A DNA stretch of 64,000 nt from Octopus sinensis (lineage: Eukaryota): contig NC_043016.1 of assembly GCF_006345805.1 (NCBI RefSeq), forward strand, positions 12,524,001 to 12,588,000. Direction: 5' to 3'. Below, one piece after another: positions 50,941-64,000 of this stretch. How positions within the stretch are numbered: the stretch's first letter is position 1; each line of letters opens with the position of its first letter. Under the pieces are notes generated by a model. It ran no database searches and had not been told where the DNA came from. It saw nothing but the letters and a program-made list of their open reading frames with translations. The translations under genes were made by a program, and so were the position numbers.

Positions 50941-51227
50941 AAATTAGGGTACAAAATGTACCAGCTATGCTAGAAAGAAGAGTCAATATATTTCACTATA
51001 AGTAAACACGTATGGTTAATGTAGTAAATATAATAAAAATAGCCTTACCTTTGCAAAACTACAAAAAAAGTACATATGTGTGTGTGTGTGTGTGTACGTA
51101 CATGTGTATTTGTGTGTGTGTGTGTGTAAAATGAAATTATTTGAAATAGCATAGAGCATCATTGCCTAACAGCCAGTATCAAGTTACAAACAAATTTAAT
51201 TTCTGTAACATATATTAATATATTTAA

Positions 51228-51592
51228 AGGTACAGGTGTGGCTGTGTGGTAAGAAGCTTGCTTCTCAACCACAATTGTTCTGTATTCAGTCCTGCTGTGT
51301 GGCACCTTGGGCAAGTGTCTTCTACTATAACCTCAGGCCAACCACACGCTTTTGAGTGGATTTGGTTGACAGAAACTGAAAGAAACCTTTTGTGTGTGAG
51401 TGTGTGTGTGTGTATGGTTGTTATCCCCATCTCCACTAGACAAGTTACTAGACATCCTTGTAACTTGACAGTTCAACAAAAGAGACTGATAAAATAAAAC
51501 TAATAAGTCCTGGGATTGATTTGTTCAACTAGAAACCGTCAAGGTGATGCTCCAGCATGGCCACAGCCAAATGACTGAAACAAGTAAAAGAA
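51228..51592 (+). mobile_element. SINE family A
   Basis: Head, CORE block, (TG)n and tail. Confidence 0.88.
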
Positions 51593-51714
51593 TAACAAAA
51601 GAATATATACTGTCCATGCTTGATTTACACATTCGCCACCACAACCTCGTTCAGGCTTAGCAGCCCTTCCTGTTTGTTTTCATTGTCCTGTTTGTGTTAC
51701 CAATTTTGACCCTC

Positions 51715-51887
51715 TGCAAAAGGCTGGCCATTTGAATTACAGGTACAACTCCTTCTTGCCAGCTGAGTGAACTGGAGCAAAGTGAAATAAAGTGTCTTGC
51801 TCAAGGATACAATACGTTGCCGGGAATTGAACTCGTGACCTTATGATTGTGAGCAGAATACCCTAATGACTAAGCCATGTGCCTTCA
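51715..51887 (-). mobile_element. SINE family C 5' part
   Basis: Matches 23350-23514. Confidence 0.85.
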
Positions 51888-51894
51888 GATACTC

Positions 51895-52330
51895 CTTTGG
51901 AAATACCACATGCACTAATGAAAACTGTGTGGTATGTAAGATTAACCCTGACATTAACTGTAGAACAAGAAGTGTAGTCTACAGCATAAGGTGCATAGAG
52001 AGTGCTTGTAAAGACAAGAACACAGCCTACATTGGAGAAACATCTAGAAGTATTGCGGAGAGATTAAATAAACACTGGAGGTAATATGATGTCAAAAAAC
52101 AGTCCACCACACTCAACCAACATACCAAAGACCAACATGAAGACACGCTTGGCTGACTTGACATGTGCATTTTATCCAAGCACCCAAAGGACCCGTCATT
52201 CAGACAAATATAGGAGTACGTCCTCATAAATGAAAATGTCTCCTGTACTATATAGGAAATACACATAGAAGGTAGTGACACTCCAATAACCACAGAATAA
52301 ACATACTTAAGTACATTTGCAAGCAGCCTG
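51895..52330 (+). mobile_element. PLE GIY-YIG endonuclease remnant
   Basis: C...NCVVC....NCRTRSVVYSIRC.......YIGETSRSIAERL.KH followed by stop-interrupted continuation. Confidence 0.8.
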
Positions 52331-52339
52331 TTATATAGG

Positions 52340-52390
<51 letters not shown>

Positions 52391-52489
52391 ATATATATAT
52401 AGGTTGCTAAATGGATATGTATGTAAACAAATAGGTAGACAGGTAAGTAGACAGATATGTACATAGGTCACACAGACAGACAAGTACAC

Positions 52490-53334
52490 ACAAACACACA
52501 TACACACACACACACATCACACACATGCACACATACACACAAAAACACATATGGACACACACACATACATACATACATACATACATGCATACATACACAC
52601 ATACACACATGCATACTTAGGTATATGCATTCACACACGCATACATACATATGTGCACACATACATATATACATACATGCATGCAAACATACATACATAC
52701 GTATGTATGTATACACACGCACACATACATATATGCATACACACACATACATACATACTTAGATATATGCATTCACACACACTTACATACACACATACAT
52801 ACATACATACATACATACATACATACACACACACATATACATACATACATACATACATACACACACACATATACATACATACATACATACATACATACAT
52901 ACACACACACATATACATACATACATACATACATACATACATACATACATACACACACACATACACATACATACACACACACACACATACATACATACAT
53001 ACATACATACATACACACATACATACATGTGTGCACACAGAAGGATACATGCATGGTGGAGCACAAACAAGCACACAAACAGACAAAAAAGAATGCAGCT
53101 GCAATAACAAACAGCCAACACTCATTGACAAGATTGCAAAAGCAACGTAAATTTTGGAAAGAAAATATAAATAATAGACGAGTGGAAATCAAACTGGTGA
53201 GTGTATTAAATAATAAGGCATTAAGGCAGTGTGACCCTCCTCAGACACGACATAAAGAATGTTGCAAACCAGATACAAAAACGAAGTATATATATATACA
53301 TACATACATACATACATACACACACATATATATC

Positions 53335-53371
<37 letters not shown>

Positions 53372-53517
53372 TGATATACATGTATATACATACATATACA
53401 TATACAACAAGCACACACATATATATTATATATATATATACATATATATACACTCACTTATATATATGTATATCACACACACATATATGTATGTATATAT
53501 ATATAGATATGTACATA

Positions 53518-53580
<63 letters not shown>

Positions 53581-53596
53581 GTATGTATATATATAT

Positions 53597-53628
<32 letters not shown>

Positions 53629-53664
53629 CACATATGTATGTGTATGTATATATATATATATATT

Positions 53665-53712
<48 letters not shown>

Positions 53713-53750
53713 ACACACACACATACAGACATACATATGCACATACACAC
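52490..53750. repeat. Compound (CATA)n/(CA)n/(TA)n microsatellite field containing a dispersed repeat (53040-53290; inverse copy at 63515-63740)
   Basis: Direct inspection; 53200-53290 is the reverse complement of parts of 63515-63650. Confidence 0.8.
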
Positions 53751-54083
53751 ACTATTTGTTGAACTTATAATCAGTGCAAGCTGGCAACAAAACTACCCAA
53801 AGAAATCTGTTACTGTTATTATTGTACCTGGTAACTCTTAAAGATGTTATTTTTGGCTAATATTTATTAAGAAGAAAACTAGTTACCTGTAGATTAGAGT
53901 TGAAAACATAAGCAATGATGGAATCTGCTATTGTGTTTATCGATAAAAAGAGAAGCAGAAAAAGACATGTCTATTGCCTGTGTAGGATGTCCTAATATGC
54001 AATTGTATCACAAGTGACAGAGATATGCATCCTGTCAGAATGAGCTATTTTGAGGCTTGACAATTTGGCATGACTGACTAGAC

Positions 54084-56400
54084 CAAGGGTAGGCAACCTT
54101 TTTGAGAGTACGTGCCAAAACTGTCAAAATCACTGATACAAAATTCTTCCATGTACCAATCAAATTTTTTTGAGAACATATTAGGGCTACTTGATTTGAT
54201 ATCTCTTAAGATATTTCATTTTATCTAGTTTCAGCTCACGAGCTGTGGCCATGCTGGGGCACCGCCATTGTATGTTAAGAAATTTTTTCATAAACGATAA
54301 AAAATCACCACAGGGTTGTAAAACACAGTATATAATGATGGAAAATGTATTTATTCATCTTCAAAGTTATATTTAAACAACAATGAACCTTTGCCACTTT
54401 CTAAAGAAAACATCAGTTAGATGAAATATGAGTTTGACTGAAAACTTGCTGACTCCTTTTGTATATCCCTTAATATACAATATTATCAGTGGGACTTCTG
54501 CTGCTGCAGATTTTGTATTGGGTTTATATTTCGTAACCTTCAGAGATATGCATGCACTACTAGATTCATCTGTCAGGTTACTCCGATTACAAGACTTAAC
54601 AAAGTTCATCACTGAGAACAAGGATTCACAGGCATATGTTGATAGAAACATGGATATTAGTGCCGTTGCAAAGTTTTTTTGGACTTTTTGGAATGGCATT
54701 CCAAGTCTTTAATAATTCATCTTTCACACTTCTCTCTGGTATTCCTGTCTCTAATTGCTTTTTTAAAAATATTTTTAAAGTCAATAAATTTTTGCTTCCA
54801 AATTGAGCTGCTTTGAAATTCAATCAACTGCATTTCAAAATCAATCATGTTTATCCATGCAAACATTTGTAAGTTTAATCCTTCCAGCTTGATAAAATCT
54901 GGAGACTTAACAAATTTTGCTCTCTCCCAGTTCCCTGGAAATCCTTATAAAAAAAAGTGCTCTACAGTTGACTCGATAATGTTTACAAACAGCTTTTGAA
55001 GACATTGGTGCTCTGTTCTGTCATTTCTTGAGAGATCATTGATATACCTCTTTAGGTTTGGGAAGTATTTAAATCTCTCATTGTCCACATCCATCTTAAA
55101 AACTTCTAGTTTCATTTCAAAAGCTTTTATGTAACCAAACATAACGTTAAGCATCTTATCAGAACCCTGTAACTTAACATTCAAGTCATTCAAATGTTCA
55201 CAAAAATCTGCAAAAAACACCAGTCTACAAACCCACATGATGTCAGACAATTCTTGATAAAAAACATGTTGGTCATTCAAGAAGAGCTTCATCTCATTTA
55301 AGCATTCAACAAATCATTTCAGAACCAAACCTTGGCTAAGCCAACAAGCATTGTTGTACATTTTCGGTCCATTATACAGAGATTCTATGTCATTCAGTAA
55401 AACTTGAAATTGTCTCTTATTTAAAACCTGGGCAGAAATGTAATTAACAACCTTGGTAACAGTCTGCATCACTTCCTGAAGTTCTTTCAGGTCAGCTTTT
55501 GCACATAAAATCTCCTCATGTATGATGCAATGAAAACCTATCGATTAACTTCTTTTGCAAACAGGTTTAAAAATCCTGCCTTCTCAGTAGTCATGCTGGG
55601 GGCACCATCTGTCGTGATGGATACTACTTTTGAATGTCAATTTGTCGAGAAGAGAATTTATTCACAGCTGCTTTACATATTTCAACCCTGGTAGTACACT
55701 CAGGCAGTGTTAGAAGGGCAACTATCTCTTCACATATTTCGTCACCTTTACAAAAGTGAGGAAAAATGGCTAATCTAGCTGATGATGTAATGTCCGTACT
55801 TTCATCAATACAAATAGAAAAAGCTTACCTGAAGACAAATCTTTTGTCAATTGTTCAGAAGTATTCTTCTTCAACTTAAGTATTCTATCTTTAATCATTT
55901 TCCTACTCACAGACAATGTACTGAATAATCTTTTCCTTTTCTGTAAAATTGTCAAAAAGGGAAGGTGCACACTTTAGCCAAACTTCTTTAATATACTCCC
56001 CATCACTGAGTGGCTTTCCATGTTGGGCAATAACTTTTGAAACCTCAAAACTAACAGCAACTAAGTTGGAACTGGACTTTACCAAGACAAAGCTTATAAA
56101 AGTATCAGCCTGTTTTTTTCGTTTTGCTGAGTTCACGAGAAATTAATTCTTTTTGTTCCTCTTCAGTTTTTTTGCTTAAGTTCCAATGAACATTTTCAAG
56201 ATGTCTTTTTACAGAAGAAGTTCTACAAACAATAGTTTCGGAACAGAAAATACATAATGCTCTATTGTCTTTCTTAATCATACCAAACTTTTCAGTCCAG
56301 TATTTTTGAAATTCACTAATAACCTCTTCAGTTGAATGACATCATTTCTTAGCTGGTCGTCCTGACATTCTGCACAATGTATAAAGGGCAGAAAAGAAAA
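54084..56400 (-). mobile_element. hAT (Charlie/Buster, GTF2IRD2/SCAND3-like) transposon with decayed transposase
   Basis: Minus motifs LCIFC...KRH, IAQHGKPLSDGEYIKE, IDESTDIT, ITTDGAPSM, HCIIHEE.LC, HLNDLNVKLQG, STYACESLFS.M..KS..RS.LTDE; TIR-like caagggtaggcaacc at 54084 preceded by gactagac; other TIR not found. Confidence 0.9.
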
Positions 56401-57924
56401 ATTACATGAGATAACGATATATGTAAAAAAAGAAGAAGAAAAAAAGTAAAATGACATTAAGGGATTAATTAGTTTGGTCAAGCAACTTTACTTTTTATTA
56501 GGTTTTAAATTAAAGTAAAAAAAAAAATTAGTTTGCCATCCCCACAAAATGGTAGGATGGGTGTGGCACAAAGATCGGTAAAGACAAAGCATGCAACAAA
56601 GCAAGAAATCTTATGGCCGTGAATAATTTGATACTTACAGCAAATCATTTCAAGAAGCGATGACATGTGCAACAGTTCAAGCTCAAGATAACAATCCAAT
56701 GTATGCATAATTTCATATATATATGTAGTACATATGGTCTATATGCACAATGTACACACAACAACTATGATGAAAACATTACCATGGTCAACAAACTGTA
56801 CCCAGACTTGCATGTGAGCTGAATTTAGCAGTGTTGACCTGCAGCTCCCTAAATACTATCTAGTCACTCGAACATCGATGGACATTAAATGATCTGTGTA
56901 ATAAAAATTACAAAACTGTACTGGCTTATTTATTAGAAATTGTCGAAAAAGAAATGATATTATTGTACACAAACTGTATAAGTATATTTACTGTATTCAT
57001 AAGTCATAACAAATAACATGATAGGAAATCAGGGAAGAACTGCATAAAGGGAAGTATTTTTTTAACTTATATTTAATATGTAGAGAAACATGAAAACATC
57101 TGATATCAAACAAGTCAGCATTGAATCAGTGATGCCAAACAGGTGGCACCAAAACGGTGGCAGCAAAACACCTCTACCTGCATGCTATGCAGTTTTATAT
57201 TGTTTACATAGAGAACACAGAAGAATTGAGACTGCACAACAGTTTCAATTCAGTCTACAGTTGATGTCATTTGCACTTACTTAGCTGCTAATATCATTAG
57301 GAAGGACATGGAAATACCAATGTTTTATTAACAGTTATGGAAAATAAATTAAACCTTGTGACTGAGCCAAAGAAATTAGTGTTGTCAGTGGAACAAACAC
57401 TTGAATTCTTTAGCATTCAGTTTATCCTGTCAAATGTAATTCTTATTTACCTGGTTTTGAATTCATCATGCATTATCTAATTTTTGATACTTCTGCTGCT
57501 TTTTAATAAAGCATATTACTCTAACTCTGGTATTTGAGTACTATTTTTTCCACCTTATTTTGCATTTATGTGCTTACTCTGGTATATGTATGTGTATATA
57601 TATATATATAATAATAATAATATTAGGGAATAAATCCAAACTTACAGGGAAAAATTAGATTTAGGATTAAATCCAATTTTATAGTATAAATATATTATAT
57701 TATATATTATATTAAATTAGAGATAAAACCACTATTAGGCAAATCAAACAGTGAAAAACATAAGCCAATACATAAAATTAATTTAAAAATTAAAAGTTAA
57801 AAATAAAAAAATATTTAAATAATTTAAACTTATAAATTTATATATATATACAAATATATATATATATGTATGTATGTATATTTTTATATTTATATATTAT
57901 ATATATATATATATATATATTATC

Positions 57925-58220
57925 TTTTATCTTTTACCTGTTTCATCCATTAGACTGTGGCCATGCTGGGGCACTGCCTTGAAGAACTTTTAGTTGAACG
58001 TATCGACCCCAGTACTTTTTAAAGCCTGGTACTTATTCTATCGATCTCTTTTGCTGATATAAATAATGGGCTTCGTTCAGTTTCCATCAACCAAAACCGC
58101 TCACAAGGCATTGGTTGGCCTGAGGCTATAAGTAGAAGACACTTGCCCAAGGTTCCACACAGTGGGACTGAACCTAGAACCATGTGGTTGGGAAGCAGGC
58201 TTCTTACCACACAGCCATGC
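57925..58220 (-). mobile_element. SINE family A, internally deleted
   Basis: Head, CORE block and tail recognisable. Confidence 0.85.
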
Positions 58221-58367
58221 TATATATATATTATTTTTCATCAGTAAATCATAAATCTGAAAGAGAAGCACATTCTAAGTTATACAGCAGTAGAGCAATT
58301 AGACAAAGATAGCCAGACCATAGACTGGCCATAGCTATCTTTATCTAATATATATATATATACACAC

Positions 58368-58443
<76 letters not shown>

Positions 58444-58479
58444 TATAAATAGATGAGTGTATTTTTACCTTGTTAACAA

Positions 58480-59480
58480 TTAACACGGAAAAAATAAATA
58501 AATAGTTACCAGGGTAGCAAAAATCTCACAAGTAAAAAGGTTGTAACTCCTTGTTTATAAAGGTAGAAACTTCGTGTTTACGTGGAATTTTTTGTATAAT
58601 ATATGAATAAATAAATGGAGTTTAACACAGGTGTAAATGAAATATTTTTACTTTCGACACATGTTTCAAAAATTCCACTGATATTATTCAAAAGAATTAA
58701 TGGTATAAACAATGCAATCTTCTCTTCGGGAAAGTGAAAAAAACAAAACTCGTCAATAAGACATTTTAGCAAAAAATGATGGATTTGTATAGCGATAGAC
58801 AGAACGCAATTAATATTGTTTAAAAAGAAGGTTATATGATATAACGTCATAAGTAGCTAACAGAAAGAGTAGGGATACCAATAGTGAATGTTAAATATAA
58901 AGGAAATTAAAGTTTAAATTATATATAATGATAGAGACTACTTATATGCACTAAAGGTGTGTTTTTGCCAATGCTTACATCTGTATGCTCGCTCTATAAC
59001 CGTGTTTCATGATTTTCATAGCCTCAATGTTGGCTTTCTTAAGTATTCTTTTATCAGTAATTTTATACTTTTTCTGAATTTCTTTTTTAAGTAATTCCAA
59101 ATAATAGTCTTTATAAAGTTTGTACAGATTTCCAGTCTTATCAGATTGAACCAACATAGTATCCATAGAATTGATTTCTTTGGTGATGTTGCGAAGATAC
59201 CTCAGATGTTTATTTCTTAGTGGTGATCGTTGAAATTTTACATTTCTCACAATGGACCAGAGATCATGTTCAAATTGCTTCAATCTTGGGTTAGGCGGCG
59301 GACTATTTTTAGATTTAAATAACTTGTTGAACTCAGATTTTTTATCATTAGTGTGTTGTTGAGTGTCATTTTTGTCAAAGAAAAAGGTAAGCCATCTTAT
59401 TCGGTTGATGAATGAATTTATCTTATTGACAAGTTGTTTAAGGAAAACATTCTTAGGTGGAATAGGAATGTCCTTAAGAG
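58480..59480 (-). mobile_element. PLE remnant: ORF N-terminus joined to terminal repeat
   Basis: Minus translation SLKDIPIPPK..FLKQL..K..SFINRIRW..FF...FE.DLW..V.NVKF...VQSDKTGNLY is the PLE N-terminal/DKG-type region. Confidence 0.8.
58646..58740 (-). ncRNA. Type I hammerhead motif (U4 to C), GUC cleavage triplet
   Basis: Minus strand actttc-CCGAAGA-gaagatt...aattttt-GAAAC-ATGT-GTC-gaaagt; perfect 6-bp stem I. Confidence 0.72.
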
Positions 59481-59501
59481 ATGTATATATATATGTATAT
59501 G

Positions 59502-59533
<32 letters not shown>

Positions 59534-59832
59534 TATATGTATATACATACATATATATATATATATATATAGATATATATATATATATACTACAAAAATT
59601 AGAGAATGGAGAAATATACTTAAATCAGTAAAACATCAACTATCCGATGATACTCAATCCATACTTTAATACACCATTACATATGAGTAAAGGCAATACA
59701 TAAAATGAAATGAGATATACAGTAATAGTAACAAGATAAAGAGATATAAGTAAAAAATTTTCAAATATAATATGCAAATATATATATATATATATATGTG
59801 TGTGTATATATATGTATATATATATATATATA

Positions 59833-60585
59833 TATCATCATCATCGTTTAGCGTCCGCTTTCCATGCTAGCATGGATTGGGCGGTTTAACTGGGGTCTGT
59901 GAAGCCAGAAGGCTGCATCAGGCTCAGTCTGATCTGGCAATGTTTCTACGGCTGGATGCCCTTCCTAACGCCAACCACTCCGTGAGTGTAGTGGGTGCTT
60001 TTTACGTGCCAGACGAGGCTGGCAAACGGCCACGAACGGATGGTGGTTTTTACATGCCACCGGCACGAGGCCAGTTGGGGCGGCGCTGGCAACGGCCACA
60101 TTCGGATGGTTCTCTTACGTGCCACCGGCACTGATATCACAGCTGCAATTTCCATTGATGTTGATCGATTTCAATATACATATATATAAATAAAACATAA
60201 GGATAAAATCTATATAAGATTTTATCGAGTAGCCAGCGTGTGTGTAATTATTGAAGTAGTTTGACTTTAGAGTCCCATTAAAGTGTGTAGCTTTTACGCA
60301 CAGCAATAGACCTTGATATTATAATATATATATATATATATATATATCATCATCATCATCATCATCATTTAGCGTCCGCTTTCTATGCTAGCATGGGTTG
60401 GACGGGTCAACTGGGGTCTGTGAAGCTGGAAGGCTTCGTCAGGCCCAGTCAGATCTGGCAGTGTTTCTACGGCTGGATGCCCTTCTTACGCCAACCACTC
60501 CGCGAGTGTAGTGGGTGGTTTTTTACGTGCCACCTGCCCAGGTGCCAGACAGAGCTGGCGAACGGCCACGAACGATACATACATA

Positions 60586-60628
<43 letters not shown>

Positions 60629-61015
60629 CTAGAGTAAGCACATAAATGTGAAACAAGGTGAGAGATTTTGATTTCACTTGCCTCAACAGGTCTTCGCAAG
60701 CAGAGTTTAGTGACCAGAGAATGAAAAGGTACGCATAAGCGGGCTGGTTACGCTCCTGGCATAGGCCACAGGTTATGGTCTCATTTGGCTTGCCGGTGCT
60801 TCTTGAAAACCGCATATTTCCAAAAATCTCGGTCACTAGTCATTTCCTTGGTGAAGCCTAAAGTTCGAAGGTCGTGCTTCACCAATTCATCCCAGGTCTT
60901 CCTGGGTCTACCTCTTCCACAGGTTCCCTCAACCGCTAGGGTCTGGCACTTTTTCACACAGCTATCCTCATCCATTCTTGCCACATGACCATACCAGTGC
61001 AGTCGTCTCTCTTGC
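59833..61015 (-). mobile_element. Cluster of RTE fragments (59833-60170, 60347-60575, 60660-61015)
   Basis: (cat)n tails, UTR modules and ORF 60781-60984 MDEDSCVKKC...VEGTCGRGRPRKTW. Confidence 0.88.
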
Positions 61016-61029
61016 AGATATTATCTGAA

Positions 61030-62030
61030 ATGTACAGTATCATATATCCATTACAACTGATCTTAGCAATCAATTTCGTGCAAGTAGTATAGGAGTATAG
61101 TAGAGTGTTAGATAACAATCTGATTATGTAACCTTATGCTTGTCAGAGTTAGCTGATATGGAAGGGAATATGTCGGCTGCCCTCTATTGTTGGAGGTGGA
61201 TTAATACAAGTGGTTTGCAGTTGTTGTGAAAAAGGTGGTGAAATGAAAAAGGGCCATGGATTAAGGTTAGGAGTTATGTCCCTTGGTGCTGTGAGGGCAA
61301 TAAGAGTTATCTTGAAGTGTTTTGTGGGAAAGGTGTCATTATTAAGTGGGTGTCCTGTGGGGATGGGGTGTGTGATATGTGTAGTGGTGTCAAGTGCATA
61401 ATTTTTTCCAGGTGCATAGGTATATATAGTTGTGTCCATTGGTCTGTTTTCTTTCTGTATTAGTTAAGGTCGTTAGGGGTTTTATGTTAGCATGAGGTGT
61501 GTAATATCTGCGAGTCTGTGGAGTTTATATGTGTGTGGGGGTACAATGTGTGTGAAGGGGTGTATGTTGGGATGAGTGGCAGAGAGTCTATTTTGTGGGG
61601 TGTCCACCTTATAAGGGCATGAGTATGTGTGTGTACATGGGTGCATTGGTGTGTGATTTCGTCAAAACTCTTTGCCAGGCTTGAGGGCATTGTTGGAAGC
61701 TGAGGCCGGGGACATGTGATTGCAGTTATGGTGCTTCCGTTCATGTGGGCAAGGATTAAACACCTTACTCCTGCTATTCAGGTAAATACCCAGGTGTTGG
61801 GTACCCTTTAAAATTGCTCCCTTCTCAACCAGGCACAACTTGTACTTCCTGCTGCTATTGAAATGCAGTTTGCATTTTTCCATGATCTTCCACTTTATGC
61901 TGTATTCTGTGGCGCTTTCTTTCAAAGACCAAACATGATGGATATATGATATTGTACATTTTGGATAATATACCCACTCTATTGTCAAATAAACAATTGC
62001 ATCTTCTTCTTGACATATGGACTCTTAGCT
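61030..62030 (-). mobile_element. PLE 3' fragment with degenerate hammerhead at 61059-61150
   Basis: ORF 61662-61988 HVWSLK....YSIKWKI......K.KLCLVEK..I......LNSRS.....CPH; downstream CTGACAA...GAAA motif; terminal repeat shared with 6300-6545. Confidence 0.78.
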
Positions 62031-62272
62031 GACTCATGTGTATGTGTATATATAATATATATATATATTATATATTATATATATAACAACATATATATAC
62101 ATATATACATATATATATATATACATATATGTTATGTATTTGTATGTATGTATGTATGTATGTATGATGATATATAGTTCAAATTTACAAAAAAACAAAA
62201 TACAAATACAGGTGAAGGAACAACAAGCAGGTGTATTAGTTTATGCACCTGAAGAATGGAAAAGTCTTTATA

Positions 62273-63501
62273 CAGGATCTTGCAGATAAATTGAGACCAA
62301 TTTTAAACAGTTGACTTCCTGAGTTTAACATTAAATTTTGTAACAAAACCTTGCTTGCTTGAGAATCTGATCCTCCTCTTTATTCTTCAGCTAAATAGTG
62401 AACTGATTCAACACCAGAATCATTCTGCCATTGTTGTTTTGGCACGCGCTGAGCACACTGCCAATAGAATTAAGTTGATGAAACTTCCTAAAGCAACAGT
62501 TTATTGTGTGTATAAACAATTTAAAGAAGTGGGAAAGATTAATAGAAAAGAACACAAGACTCAAAGTGATTCCAAATGCAATCCAAAGTTTCTCACTGGC
62601 CTCAAACACTTGACTGAAGCCAATCTATCCACATCCATGACAACTCTTGCAAAGGAATGTAATGTGTCCCTTTCCATGGTGTCCAGAGCTGTGAACAGAA
62701 ACCTTACCATGACTAGCTATGTTCGATGATGCTTGCACCTCCTAACAGCCAAGGCCAAAGCAATCAGAGCCGAGAAATGCCCAAATCTTCTGTCATCATC
62801 AAGCACCAAGGTGCAGGAAAAACTTGAGAAGTTCACTGTGGATGCTGAGGTGAATCACAGAAATTCTTGAATGATTGCATACAACCCTTCTGATACCCCA
62901 CTGTGTTTGAGACTAAGAATCCTGCCTCAGTGATAGTATTTGGAGCTGTGGTAAATGATGGAAGTGTCATGGATTCACACTTCATTGAGTCTGGCTTCAA
63001 GATCAGCACAAAATAGTATCTGGACATCCTGAAGAACTCTGTTACCTTGGATTGAGAAGAAGTTTTGGCTTGACAATGTGGTACCTATCCAGGATTCTGC
63101 ATCATGCCAGGTCTTCCTGAGTGAGAAGGTGTCATTTTTTTGTGAGGGTCAACATCTAGTCCAGTATTAGCCTAGATTTAAACCTTCTTGATAAATTTTT
63201 ACAGGACATACTTTAAGCAAGGACCAATGCTTTACCACACTCGAGTGTCAACAGTTTGAAGACCTGCATCATGCATGCGACATGCAAAATCAAAAAGACA
63301 CACGGTTGCAACAGCTGCAAAATAATTTCATTCTCGAGTGGAGGCAGTAATTGCCCAAAAGGATGGCCATATTGATTGATAAATGTTTTTGTTGTAACAA
63401 ATGTTACATTAAATTTATATTCTGTCTACTACCATTATTTTAGTATTTATAACCAGTTTTATGCATTGTAAAAATTGCTTCAATGTAAGTGCAAGACCCT
63501 G
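62273..63501 (+). mobile_element. Tc1/mariner superfamily element, DD37D/maT-like, decayed
   Basis: TA|caggatcttgca...tgcaagaccctg|TA TIRs; HTH TVY.VYK.F, FTVD..VN.RN, TKNPASV.VFG, QDSA, SPDLN.LD. Confidence 0.85.
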
Positions 63502-64000
63502 TATATATTTAAATATGTATACTTCATTTTTGTATCTCATTCGCAAGATTCTTTATATGAATTTGTGTGTTGAAACAAATTTTGTTGTGTTTGGGGAGAG
63601 TCATACTGCCTTAATGCCATAAGATGTAACACACTTACTGGTTCAATTTTCATTCATTTATTATTTATAATTCTTTTCTTCCAAACTTTTTGTTGCTCTT
63701 TGCAACCTTGCCAAAGCATGTTGACTCTGTCCATTACTGGAGCTACGTTCCTTTTTGTCTGCGTGCATGTGTGAGCGTCAGTGTGCATGTGTATGTATGT
63801 GTGTGTGTGTGTGTTTCCATGTATGTAGGTATGCGTGTATGTATATAATCTGCATATTTATGTGGTGTGCGTGTATGTACTTGTGTGTGTGTGTGTGTAT
63901 TTGTGTGTGTACCTCTGTCTCCTTGTGCGTGTTTGAATGTGTCTATGTGTATGAGTTTGTGTGACTATGTGACTATATGAGTGTATATCGCCATGTCTTT

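Noticed and set aside
53120-53160. ttgacaa-gattgc-aaaa-gcaac hammerhead-like hairpin (inverse copy ~63685-63720)
   Set aside because: GAAA and stems I/III are not supported in either copy present
54480-56350. Domesticated GTF2IRD2/SCAND3-like host gene
   Set aside because: Multiple frameshifts and stops plus a TIR-like end indicate a decayed hAT transposon

Overview
AT-rich, microsatellite-saturated animal genomic DNA. Its repeat families (tRNA/CORE-type SINEs, RTE LINE 3' ends with (GAT)n tails) resemble those of octopus/cephalopod genomes; this taxon call is an inference. I cannot support any intact host protein-coding gene, and most ORFs in the track are translations of simple repeats. 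The window is a layered set of decayed mobile elements. It holds at least six Penelope-like element (PLE) remnants, RTE, CR1/L2-group and R4/Dong-type (RLE) LINE fragments, and four tRNA-derived SINE families. It also holds a Tc1 element, a DD37D/maT-like mariner, a Charlie/Buster-type hAT, piggyBac-type TTAA MITEs and two Helitron remnants, plus a 100-N gap. The most notable signal is a set of type I hammerhead ribozyme motifs with palindromic stem III in the terminal repeats of several different PLE families. These include a U3-A8 core variant inside an inverted-repeat-flanked PLE. Other notable structures are a paralogous filled/empty TTAA insertion site, an array of RLE LINE fragments inside a (TAA)n tract, a ~610 bp fold-back, multi-level nested insertions and a 14-bp TSD-flanked unclassified insert. 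All calls are by eye, and many boundaries are approximate.
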